DNA from: Candidatus Bathyarchaeota archaeon
Lineage (GTDB): Archaea; Thermoproteota; Bathyarchaeia; Bathyarchaeales; Bathycorpusculaceae
Length of the DNA stretch: 64,000 nt
Assembly (NCBI GenBank): GCA_963775685.1
Contig: CAVZJV010000005.1
Span: 95,465-159,464 of the forward strand
Reading direction: 5' to 3'
Below are positions 51,215-61,161 of the stretch, in pieces. The translations under genes were made by a program, and so were the position numbers. A model generated the notes under the pieces. The model did not search any database and was not told the DNA's origin. It saw only the letters and a list, made by a program, of their open reading frames with translations. Every line of letters starts with the position of its first letter. Position 1 is the stretch's first letter.

Positions 51215-53866
51215 ATGAATCTGCAAAAAAAACTTTTATCGAAAAAAACATTATCTATTATTGCATTGTTTCTGATGCTATCACTAGCTATTCCTATGAC
51301 TACTTTATCGTCTGCTAGTGCACACACACCCGCATGGGACATCGTCTCATACGCATATGTAACTGCTGCTCCGAACCCTGTGGGAGTTGGTCAGGAAGTG
51401 TACGTTTACATGTGGGTTGATATACCCTTAAATGGCGCGTTGGTAACCAACGATGTTCGTCGACATGATTACACGTTGACTATTACCCAACCGGACGGGA
51501 CAAACAAGACTGAAACTTGGGCTTTAGTTCAAGATACAACAGGTATACAATCATACTCGTTTATCCCTGACACAGTAGGAAACTATACAATGACCTTCAA
51601 CTATGCTGGACAAACACACACTTGGAGCGGTATCTACCAAAACGATGTTTATCAACCTGCGCAAGCAGTAACAAAACTAACCGTGCAAGAAGAACCAACT
51701 GAAGGTATATCCCCAAGTGCTGCTCTTCCAAGCGAATACTGGAGTAGACCAATAAATGGTGAAAACTCTGATTGGTTCTCAATTTCCTCCAACTGGCTAA
51801 ACGGACCCTATATCCGCTCAGGTGCTACCGCTACGGGTGGTTCAGGGTACGGTAGATACCAGCAAGATGGATCAGGACCTGAAACTTCACACATTATGTG
51901 GACTAAACCACTTCAATTTGGTGGAGTTGTCGGAGGGACTTCAACCACAAACCTAGGCCAAGGATATTACACAGGCAGCTCATACAATCCCCGATTCAGT
52001 AACGCTATCGTCATGCAAGGAAACCTCTTCTATCAAGAACCATATGGCAACTCAGGCAGCGGCGGAGACTACGTTTCAGTAGACCTGCAAACAGGCAAAG
52101 AAAACTGGCGCATTAACACAACTGCAACAGGCGTATCTATAGTACCAAGTTTCGGTTACCTGTACGCCTACGAAGACGGAAACCAACACGGTGTATTACC
52201 CAACGGTCTACTAATAGCAACGACAACAGTTTCGGGTCTCGGTACAGTCTGGCGAGCATATGATGCTCGAACAGGCATACTAACCGGAATGAGCCTAACC
52301 AACGTTCCTTCAGGATCTGCCGCATCCGCCACTTTAGCAGCAAATTCAGCGAACGGCGCATCAGCAGCAGGTCCAAACGGCGAATACCTCATTTACTCAT
52401 TAACCAACCTCGGTACGACAACAAACCCGCAGTATTACTTAAGCCAATGGAACTCATCAAAATATACTCAACTAGCAGCCGGCCAGATTGGCGCAGGTAA
52501 CTGGTACCCAACATCCTCTTTCAATTCAACCGATTCTCGTATGTACGATTGGAATGTTTCTGTGCCATCACTTACGGGACAAGGCTGGACTATATACAGA
52601 GATGTACTTGTCGGTGACAGATTACTCCTCCTCCAAGGTAACTTGGGCGCTGGTCCAAGAGCAGAAAGCTTCGGCGCAAACATGACCTTAGTAAAAATAG
52701 ATCCCGCCAACGCAGGAAACGTTCTATGGACTAAGTATTATGCACCAGCCGACGGCAACGTAACCAGAGTACTTGTAGCAGTTGATTCAATTGCAAACAC
52801 CTTTGTCACAGAAGATAAAGAAACCCTAGAATTCAACGGCTTCAGTCTTGACAACGGAAACCACATCTGGACTGCAAACACACCAGTAGTAGAATGGGAT
52901 ACTTTACGAAGAGACACGCTTAGTGCATACGGCAATCTCTATGCTGCGGGCTACGATGGTATAGTCTACTGCTTTAACGACGCAACCGGTGACTTACTTT
53001 GGGCTTATGGCAGAGGCGGAGAAGGTAACAGTACGTACTCAGGCGAAAATACAGTCTACAGCCATTATCCCTTATTCATAGACGTTATCGCTGATGGAAA
53101 AGTTTACGTTGGAACAACAGAACACTCACCAAACCAACCGCTTTATAAAGACGCACAATACAGATGCCTAAACGCCACCACGGGCGAAGAAATCTGGACC
53201 CTCACCGGAATGGGAACAGGCATGTACGTAGGTCAATACGACATTGTTGCAGACGGATACTTCGCATACCTAAACATCTATGACATGCAAGTCTACTCAG
53301 TTGGCAAAGGCGCTAGCAAACTAACCGTTGATGCACCATTAGCTTCAGTCACTCAAGGTCAAAGCTTAGTAATACGAGGCACAGTCACGGACCTCGCTTC
53401 AGGAACCACACAAGAAGAGCAAGCGGTAAGATTCCCCAACGGCGTACCATGCGTATCTGACACAAGCATGAAGCTATGGATGGAATACTTGTATATGCAG
53501 CAAGATAAACCGACAAACACAACAGGTGTTCCAATCAGTGTCACAGTTGTCGATGCAAACGGTAACTACCGCAGTATTGGAAACACAGTCAGTGACTCAA
53601 GCGGAACCTACAGCCTACAATGGACACCTGATATCACCGGTAAATACACTGTCATAGCAACCTTCGCAGGCTCAAACGCCTATTATGGATCATCTGCAGA
53701 AACATCGTTTGCAGTAGACGCGGCAACAGCAACCCCAGCACCAACTCAAGAAACAACTCAATCGATGGCTGACGCATACCTACTACCTAGCGTAGTGGCA
53801 ATTATTGTTGCAATCGCAGTAGTCGGCGCAATTCTCGCATTGCTGGTTATAAAGAAACGACAATAG
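51215..53866 (+). CDS. Large surface protein with PQQ-like beta-propeller repeats and Ig-like domains
   Basis: Signal peptide, PNPVGVGQ Ig-like start, D..TG...W repeats, C-terminal TM + KKRQ. Confidence 0.9.
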   Translation: MNLQKKLLSKKTLSIIALFLMLSLAIPMTTLSSASAHTPAWDIVSYAYVTAAPNPVGVGQEVYVYMWVDIPLNGALVTNDVRRHDYTLTITQPDGTNKTETWALVQDTTGIQSYSFIPDTVGNYTMTFNYAGQTHTWSGIYQNDVYQPAQAVTKLTVQEEPTEGISPSAALPSEYWSRPINGENSDWFSISSNWLNGPYIRSGATATGGSGYGRYQQDGSGPETSHIMWTKPLQFGGVVGGTSTTNLGQGYYTGSSYNPRFSNAIVMQGNLFYQEPYGNSGSGGDYVSVDLQTGKENWRINTTATGVSIVPSFGYLYAYEDGNQHGVLPNGLLIATTTVSGLGTVWRAYDARTGILTGMSLTNVPSGSAASATLAANSANGASAAGPNGEYLIYSLTNLGTTTNPQYYLSQWNSSKYTQLAAGQIGAGNWYPTSSFNSTDSRMYDWNVSVPSLTGQGWTIYRDVLVGDRLLLLQGNLGAGPRAESFGANMTLVKIDPANAGNVLWTKYYAPADGNVTRVLVAVDSIANTFVTEDKETLEFNGFSLDNGNHIWTANTPVVEWDTLRRDTLSAYGNLYAAGYDGIVYCFNDATGDLLWAYGRGGEGNSTYSGENTVYSHYPLFIDVIADGKVYVGTTEHSPNQPLYKDAQYRCLNATTGEEIWTLTGMGTGMYVGQYDIVADGYFAYLNIYDMQVYSVGKGASKLTVDAPLASVTQGQSLVIRGTVTDLASGTTQEEQAVRFPNGVPCVSDTSMKLWMEYLYMQQDKPTNTTGVPISVTVVDANGNYRSIGNTVSDSSGTYSLQWTPDITGKYTVIATFAGSNAYYGSSAETSFAVDAATATPAPTQETTQSMADAYLLPSVVAIIVAIAVVGAILALLVIKKRQ

Positions 53867-53933
53867 ATAAAAGCAACCAAACAACAAACACCTTTCCCTT
53901 TTTTTAGTTTTAAAATAAATGGAAATACAAATG

Positions 53934-54036
53934 GGCTGAGTAGACTCTGGATATTAACTGTTCGATTGAAGCTGCAAAAAAGAGGTTTAGCATTTTTCCT
54001 CTTTCTTCCTTTAATTAGGTTCCAGAACCTCAGCAA
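53934..54036 (-). ncRNA. Candidate structured RNA or dispersed repeat, copy 2
   Basis: Minus strand GCTGAGGTTCTGGA ... TCCAGAGTC-TAC-TCAGC; same stem as copy 1, with G-U substitutions. Confidence 0.45.
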
Positions 54037-54332
54037 CCCCTTGTTCCTATTAAATTGATTCGGCATGATTGCTTAATTTTGGTTTGCCCATGAATGTTGG
54101 CATGTTTTAATTTAAACCCCGGTCCCATTTTAACCCTGGATGGACTTGAACCCTATCACCCATGGCAATATCACACCATATAACCCCTTTTTTCTATTCA
54201 GATAATCATGGCGTAAATTACTGTTTGGTAAAATAGACCCATGATTCGAAATATTTGCTATTTGAACTTGAGGTGTGCGCTAATTTTACAACACACTAAA
54301 CTTCACTTCAACACCATCACACTGGATTATCA

Positions 54333-55133
54333 CTAAAACGCGATAGCTACCTTCCGTTTATTTCTATAGCGATATGCTGAGATTGCTGCGATCAGACCAA
54401 CAATGATAACGCACACTACTACTGCTATTGACATCTGTTCCAAACCTATGAATTGTTGACCTACGGTCTGTTGACTAAGTGTTGGTTCAACTTCAGTATT
54501 GTTTGCTGGAAGGACCGTTGGACTTGGGGTAAGGATGGCTGTTGTAGGTTTTTGCTCAGGTATAGCGGAAGGTTTTGAGGGAGAAACTGTTGGCGTTGGA
54601 ATAGTCATCTTGCCATAGTCATTAAGCACACTCTGTGGTATGCCACCAACCGATATAGAGGGTGGGGCAGCAACGACATTATAGCTCGTGGAGATGGAAA
54701 CAATTTGGGAAATCCAAGCAGCCCCATTGTAATCCGGTAGGATTAATCGGAGCCCTTCGGGTAGGGGTTGGCCATTTATTTGATAAGCTATTATGGTTTG
54801 AGGCGACTGTGCCAATTGTATGGGTATAGCCGTCGTATATCCGTCTGAGGCTATAAATTGTATTGAGTTTACATCAGCGCTGGCATTCAGTTGGTTTAGT
54901 AGATAGCTGATTTGTACGCCACTCCAATCGGCAGCAGTTAATAGAAAGCCGTCGCAATAGAGTTCGGCGTATACGGTTGTTTTGGGCATTTCTGCAAGCT
55001 GCTGATAAGTAAAGTCGTAGATACCGTTTGATAAGATTGTTAATTTCACAGGCTCAGCAACGGCTGATGTTGGAATGATCGTTATTGCAAGCAATGTAAC
55101 GATAATGAATGTTAAACTGAATTTTTTGTTCAT
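54333..55133 (-). CDS. Surface-anchored protein with sulfite-oxidase-type molybdopterin-binding domain
   Basis: LYC.G...WSGV, F.ASDGY, IAY..NGQPL...LRL..P...G..W; signal peptide, PT stalk, C-terminal TM. Confidence 0.8.
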   Translation of the reverse strand: MNKKFSLTFIIVTLLAITIIPTSAVAEPVKLTILSNGIYDFTYQQLAEMPKTTVYAELYCDGFLLTAADWSGVQISYLLNQLNASADVNSIQFIASDGYTTAIPIQLAQSPQTIIAYQINGQPLPEGLRLILPDYNGAAWISQIVSISTSYNVVAAPPSISVGGIPQSVLNDYGKMTIPTPTVSPSKPSAIPEQKPTTAILTPSPTVLPANNTEVEPTLSQQTVGQQFIGLEQMSIAVVVCVIIVGLIAAISAYRYRNKRKVAIAF

Positions 55134-55231
55134 TTAGAGCCTCCCACCTAAAGTATGACGCGTGTCATATCTTTAAACGTTCCGCGAATAATCTTTTGAT
55201 CACATCACAGTAATTTGGAGCAAACAAAACA

Positions 55232-55854
55232 GTGAAGAAGCAGACAGATGCCTCTGCGAGAGATAATTTCTATACAATAGAATATGGATCGGATCGCATT
55301 GCTCAAGAAGAAACTTACCTGCAAATAAAGAGCAACAACCCAATACCTGATTACAATACCGCAGCAAATCTCTTTATAGCCAAAACCAAAGGACCCATAG
55401 ATGACTTGAGAAATCAATGTAACATAAGTAATGGGGATTTTCCAATTTTTACGTCTGATTATGGTCTTTACTGGTGGGATTACAAGAGCGGATACGACGT
55501 GGTTCTTGCGCAGTTAGGTTGGAACAATTCGGTTGCCCAAGAAATCGCCTTAGTGCGCGGCGCTGCAAATCTGCAGGGCAAAAGCTTGGGAACCATCTTG
55601 AATGGAAATACACCCAAGCCCCATATCTTGCGGATGGAAACGAAATTTTTAACCAAATGAAGACTTCCTATGAAAACGGAGCCCAATACGTAATACTATT
55701 TAACAATGCAGATAGCATGTCAGGACCATACGGAACCCTAAAAGAGGAACATTTCCAAGCATTAGAACGCTTCTGGAATGAAGTAGTCCAAAACCCCACT
55801 GTAATTCATGGTGGCGTTAAAGCTCAAGCAGCGTTGGTTTTGCCCCAAACTTAG
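55232..55854 (+). pseudogene. Internal fragment of a hypothetical secreted protein
   Basis: FTSDYGLYWWDY.SGYDVVLAQLGWN; frameshifted and truncated at both ends. Confidence 0.6.
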
Positions 55855-56270
55855 GAAATGCAGCGGTTTTTCTGTGAATTCTGTCATCCCAACGGTTTTG
55901 AGCGCATCTTCCACCAGTTGTTTATGACAAGGTCAGTAGCGTAATCAAAGTTCAATGGTCCAAAAGCTACATCTTGCTTTACGGTTGAAGCGAAAAGTTG
56001 GTCGTTTGGGTCTTGAAAAACAAAACCCACCCTTTTCCTCAGGCACAAAAGAGATTTCGTGTCGTATTCTAACGGTTTGTCTTCGAGTATATTTTACCTG
56101 AAGTTGGTTTCAGGATACCGTTTAAGTGGTTTAGCAGAGTGGTTTTTCCTGAACCATTAGTGCCTAAGAGCGCGCGATTCCATCGCCTTTTGCAAAGTTC
56201 ATGGAGATTTCATCCAAAGCAATGGTTCCATCTGAATATCGGTTGAGAGATTTTCTAACTTAAACAGCAT
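55855..56270 (-). pseudogene. cbiO: ECF cobalt/nickel transporter ATPase, frameshifted and 3'-truncated
   Basis: [34 protein letters not shown]; no signature or Walker B motif. Confidence 0.8.
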
Positions 56271-56274
56271 TTTA

Positions 56275-57084
56275 TTACGCAACTCCAATATTTGTCGTCA
56301 AAACAATTGCTATAACGAATATAATGTCGAAGAGTAATATGCCCAATATCGCAGTTATTTTGGGTTGAGAAAGGTCTTCGAGGATGCGCATGTTTCCATC
56401 GTATCCTCTGGCGTTCATAGCAACAAAAGTGCGCTCGCCCTGCTCTAAGGTTCTAATAAAAAGGTTCCCCGCAACCAAAGCAACGGATTTCATTCGCTTT
56501 ATGAATCCTGAATTTCCTAGCCGCAGTTTCTGGGCAGTGTTCATTTTCGCGGATACTTCCAAGAAAACGAATATGTAACGGTAAATTAGCATAGACAATT
56601 CAACTACAACTCTTGGAAACTTTAATCGGCGAAGCGTAATGAAAATATCAGTTATTGAGGTTGTTAAAACTAAGAAATATAAGCAAGAGAGCGCGGCTTC
56701 CACTCGGAAGAACGTGTTAACGCTAATTGTGATTCCATTTTTAAAAATAGACCATGTAAAACAAGGCAAATTAACTTGGGTGAGAGCCTGGCCGTAACCG
56801 AAGAAAAGAGCTATAAACAGACAACTCGATGCAGCCAGAGCGGTGGGGTAAATGAGCAGATCAAAGTATAAATGGGCTTTTATCTTCGCGAAGCCCAAAA
56901 GCAGAACCGTGGTTATTGTAAAAATAATAGTGGGTACCACTACTGATTGTGAAGAAACGCTTAAGATTAGGGCTGATAGAGCAAAGAAACCTTTTGTTAT
57001 AGGACTTTTTTTTGCCAAAAGGTTACTGTAAGCAGACCTATCTATGTGCGCGTATATATCGCCATGAGCCAATAGGCTTGTCAC
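56275..57084 (-). CDS. cbiQ: ECF transporter T component
   Basis: LIYRYIFV, AQKLRLG, AMNARGYDG. Confidence 0.92.
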   Translation of the reverse strand: MTSLLAHGDIYAHIDRSAYSNLLAKKSPITKGFFALSALILSVSSQSVVVPTIIFTITTVLLLGFAKIKAHLYFDLLIYPTALAASSCLFIALFFGYGQALTQVNLPCFTWSIFKNGITISVNTFFRVEAALSCLYFLVLTTSITDIFITLRRLKFPRVVVELSMLIYRYIFVFLEVSAKMNTAQKLRLGNSGFIKRMKSVALVAGNLFIRTLEQGERTFVAMNARGYDGNMRILEDLSQPKITAILGILLFDIIFVIAIVLTTNIGVA

Positions 57085-57389
57085 CCTATTTTGGCAATGG
57101 TTTGTGCTTTGTATTTCTTTTCTGCCGCTCTCTTTCCACGCTCATTTCCGACGAAGTAGCCTATTATCATTGCACCTATGGCGGCTTGAACTGAGAACAG
57201 TAGAGTTTCTATCTCACTGCTAGGCGGCGTCCAAATAGAGCTAAACCATGGTACGTAGCCTGAATCGGATATTGCTTGTTCAGCCCCACTATCCGCTCCT
57301 CCAAATTCGGCGCCAGGCAAAAGAATTAAAGGGGCAGCAAAAAGAACAACCACTGCAATGATTAAGATAGCGTAGTGTTTGGCGTTCAA
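57081..57389 (-). CDS. cbiN: Cobalt transport protein CbiN
   Basis: EFGGAD, YVPWF...PPSSEIETLLFSVQAAIGA. Confidence 0.93.
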   Translation of the reverse strand: MNAKHYAILIIAVVVLFAAPLILLPGAEFGGADSGAEQAISDSGYVPWFSSIWTPPSSEIETLLFSVQAAIGAMIIGYFVGNERGKRAAEKKYKAQTIAKIG

Positions 57390-57403
57390 GATTTTAGTTC
57401 CCC

Positions 57404-58082
57404 CTATGCACTTGGAACACCTGGCAACTTAATTACCTTCAAGGTTGCTAAAAGTTGCCCCTTATACTTTGCCAAGAAGTCAAAGAGAATTACTGCCAAG
57501 ATACCTTCGCCGATAGCTAGTGGAACCTGTGTGATTGCAAATATGGTTCCAAACCTTAAGAACGCATCAAAAAAACCTGCCGACGTTGGAAATACTAAGG
57601 CAAGCTGAACTGATGTTGTAACGTATGTAAATAAATCGCCAAACGTTGCAGCTAAGAAATATTCCCGCAGCGGTTGGAAGCCTTGCCTTCTTTGACGCAA
57701 TCCATATTCCGTAAGCTACTAAAGGTCCCACTATTCCCATGGAAAAGACGTTTGCGCCTAGGGTAGTTATGCCACCGTGCGCCAGCAACAAAGCTTGAAA
57801 CACTAAAACAATGATTGAAAGAACTGAAGTGATTCCGGGTCCAACTACAACTGCAGATAAGCCTGCACCTGTGGGATGCGATGTGCTCCCTGTAACTGAG
57901 GGCAGCTTTAAGGATGAGAGCACAAAGATGAATGCACCCATCAATGCGAGAAGCGGAAGCGCTTCGGGGATTTTTTTTGTAACCTTCGAGAGTCTGTAGA
58001 TGCCATAAGCCACAAATGGCATGGCCATTGCAAACCAAATCTCCCACCAAGGGTTAGGTAAAAAACCTTCCATTATGTGCAT
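57404..58082 (-). pseudogene. cbiM: ECF S component CbiM, one frameshift
   Basis: MHIMEGFL, SHPTG, AHGGITTLGAN; DLFTY and [10 protein letters not shown] in the next frame. Confidence 0.9.
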
Positions 58083-58785
58083 TTTTTTTATCACCGTGTG
58101 CGTTTATCAACGTTTTGATTTATAAACTTTGGTTTAACTAAAGTTAATGTGAGGTTGATTAACTGTGGTTGGTAACTTGCTTTGAGATGAGGCACTTCAC
58201 TATTTGAGCGTTGATTATTCTTTAATCCCAGGCTCTTCAGTTAAAAAACGATCTAACTAACACATTAAGAAAAACCTATCAACACCAATTTCTCAAGAAG
58301 TGAATTGTTTGGAAAAACGTAAAATCCGCCACCAGTTAATTTTGAAACAATTTTGAAACCTTTTTGAACGTTGCCTGGCAGCTTTAAACCTATTTTAACA
58401 TTTACGAAATACTACTTAGAGATGTTATGACAAGGAGGTTAGAGCGTTTAGGGGGTAGGCCTGGTTCGGATTACATTCACCAACGATGGGAGACTTGTAC
58501 CTTTTTTCAAAATATTTCATGTGAAATTTAAACGTGAATATAAATCTAACATCTCGCGCTTTGCTCCTTTTGGCAAATCAGGCTTTACCACAAGCTATTT
58601 TAGCAAATAAGCCATAAATAATATCGATTTATAATTCAGCTCACGCAATAATTAAGATGACGCCGCCGCAACCTCCAAACATTCCAGACAGCGCGCGGTG
58701 TAAAAGGATTATCTTAATTTTGTGTTTATTCTTAGAAAAAAGAAAAAGTATCGTTGATAGTTAAGATGAGGGAAGTTGCAAAGTT

Positions 58786-59067
58786 TTATGCGAATTTCGC
58801 TAGAACTTGCCTTCCAAAGTCGGAAATTTCGACGATATTGAAATCGTAGGGGCCATGTCTTTTTTCCGGGTCAGGTATATCGATGAGCTTGGATTTTGAC
58901 AGGTGCCGAACAGCGTCGTTTAGGGCTTCAGGCATCAAACCAGTTTTTCTGTGTAAGAGGTCTACCGTCACCAAGAGACCTTTCTCAAATTGAGAAAGGG
59001 CTACAAGAACTCTTTTGGCTGTCGGGTCAATCATGTCGAAATCGTCTTGTTCAAAATCTTCAACCAT
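58786..59067 (-). CDS. Small winged-helix-like protein
   Basis: LHRKTGL.PEALNDAV..L....LI...ISDFGR. Confidence 0.7.
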   Translation of the reverse strand: MVEDFEQDDFDMIDPTAKRVLVALSQFEKGLLVTVDLLHRKTGLMPEALNDAVRHLSKSKLIDIPDPEKRHGPYDFNIVEISDFGRQVLAKFA

Positions 59068-59723
59068 TCCAAAACACCACTCGTAACTAGGACAGCCTCA
59101 CATAAAAACCATTTGAAAAAGCCCAACGGAAAATAGCAGACAAAAAATGGAAAAGAGTTTACTATGCCGCGTCCGCTGTGCAGGGTTATGGCGGGTTCTT
59201 TCCTAAGTGTATCGCCGATTTCAGCTGCTCGAACAAGAACCTGTTCAGCTAAATATTCGCTTATGCAGGGTGCATTAGGGTGCTATATGGGGTCTTGTTT
59301 TAATCATCCAGCGGTTCCACCAAATTCCAATTATCCATGCTTTTCGTGTGGAATTCAACTGTGGGTGTAAATCTAACATCCCGCGCCGCAACTTCCACAC
59401 ACCGCTTTTTGAATACACCTTTTGCATAAATACCTAAAGGAAAATATTCCAGAGGTCAGGGCTATTACTTATTGCAAAAGGTTGGAACTCCTCAGCAAAT
59501 TGTAGACTTAGATAAAACTGACAATATCAAAACATTAATTGCTCCTACCATTGATCTGAAGCCTTCAAAGAGTTACTAACAAATTCCTATGAATACTATG
59601 TTAATTTCAAGGACTTAGCTGGAATAAACCAAGATTTACAATGAAGACAACTCTTTCACTTTAAATAAATGATTGAGTTCAGCACTTAGACGTCACGTGG
59701 TTTCATTTTCAGAGTTAACTCAA

Positions 59724-60983
59724 TTACCGGGTTTTTTCAGAGATTTTTCTAAAGTGTATAACCAGGGGCACCGTTCCAAGTGAAATTAAGGCTGAAATCG
59801 CAAATGTCAAGCCGACAAATCCCACTGATGCGCCGAAAGAAAAAGCAGTTGCTGCTAAAATAGGAGCTATAGTCTGCGCAAGACCTGCAATCGCCCATGC
59901 AACGCCGAGTGCGCCGCCCTGAGCGTTTTCGGGTGTGTTCGTGGATATCAACGTGTTGAGTGTAACGATTTGGATTCCGAAGCCAAAAGAAAACGCAACT
60001 GAAACAATCACCAAAACCGCGAGACCAGGTGTCACTGACAAAGCCACCAGCCCAACAACAAAAAAAATGATGCCTAGCAAAGTCAAATTCAACCGGTTAA
60101 ACCTCTTGCCCAGCGCGGGCAACAAAACCGCCTGGGTAAATACGCTGACGCCGCCAATGAAGAAGAAAACCAGCCCCGTCTCAAACGAGCTAAACCCAAA
60201 AACCGCTTGCAACCAGGGAGAGAGAGCTGACTGCAGAAAAACAAACGAAACAAAAAACAAAAAATAAATTCCCAACAACAAAGCAACCTTCTGCTTCCTA
60301 AGAACACCCAGAAGAGCGCTAAAGGAAATCATTGTTCTTTTTATGTTAAAACTTGCAGGTTCAGGTAAGAAAAAATATGTTACAATCAAGTTTATAAGCG
60401 CTAAAGCCGCCGCCAAGAAAGAGGGCTCACCATAGCCAAATAGGGTGCTTAGTGTTCCGCCGATTGCTGGACCGAAAATGAACGCCAAACCCGCCGCTGC
60501 ACCTAAAAGCCCCAAGTACCGTAATCTTGCGTCGCGGGTAGTAACGTCGGCAACATAGGCTTGCGCAACAGGAACAGTGGCAGCGGTTGTTCCAGACAAC
60601 ATCCTGCCCAAGAAAAGCAGCCAAATTGCCTGCGCCGCCCCAAACAAGAAATAGCTAAAGCTCGCCACCGCCAACGCTACAAGAAGAATTTTTCTTCTGC
60701 CATAACGATCGCTAAAGCGCGCAACCAGCGGCGTAAAAATAAACGACATCAAACTATAGGAAGCTAAGAGCACGCCATAGACGAGGGTAGAGCCGCCGAG
60801 GGCAAGCACATAGAAGAATAAGTAGGGCACGACGATAGCGAAGCCCAAGTTGTCGAGGAAAACAACGGAAAAAAGGATCCCGAAAGTTGACCGACTAGCT
60901 AAAACGCCGCTGGTTTTCTGATTGTCATTGACCAAAAGGTTCCCTAACAAGTTTACAGAGACTAGGCAAATAAGCATTCTCAA
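59724..60983 (-). CDS. MFS efflux transporter (TetA/DHA1-like)
   Basis: SDRYGRR motif A, GPAIGG motif C, about 12 TMs; true start probably downstream of the ORF start. Confidence 0.92.
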   Translation of the reverse strand: MRMLICLVSVNLLGNLLVNDNQKTSGVLASRSTFGILFSVVFLDNLGFAIVVPYLFFYVLALGGSTLVYGVLLASYSLMSFIFTPLVARFSDRYGRRKILLVALAVASFSYFLFGAAQAIWLLFLGRMLSGTTAATVPVAQAYVADVTTRDARLRYLGLLGAAAGLAFIFGPAIGGTLSTLFGYGEPSFLAAALALINLIVTYFFLPEPASFNIKRTMISFSALLGVLRKQKVALLLGIYFLFFVSFVFLQSALSPWLQAVFGFSSFETGLVFFFIGGVSVFTQAVLLPALGKRFNRLNLTLLGIIFFVVGLVALSVTPGLAVLVIVSVAFSFGFGIQIVTLNTLISTNTPENAQGGALGVAWAIAGLAQTIAPILAATAFSFGASVGFVGLTFAISALISLGTVPLVIHFRKISEKTR

Positions 60984-61161
60984 GCTGAAAATCCAGGTAT
61001 TGTAAAGAAAAAAGCTAAAAAGCTATTCTCCGGGTATTGGAAATACGGAATGATGCCAGATTTAGGTTACAAACGCTCAATTCAAAATTAATAATGTATT
61101 AATTGTAGCAGGAACATGTTTTTAGAATAAAGCCTTATAACAGGTTTATGGGGCTGGATTT

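Noticed and set aside
58095-58330. Cobalamin riboswitch upstream of cbiM
   Set aside because: No B12-box motifs seen; AT-rich promoter with only a short palindrome (TTAACT-AA-AGTTAA).
59164-59400. SRP-like ncRNA or the + strand 68-aa ORF
   Set aside because: No SRP helix-8 motif; better explained as part of a degenerate duplicated sequence.
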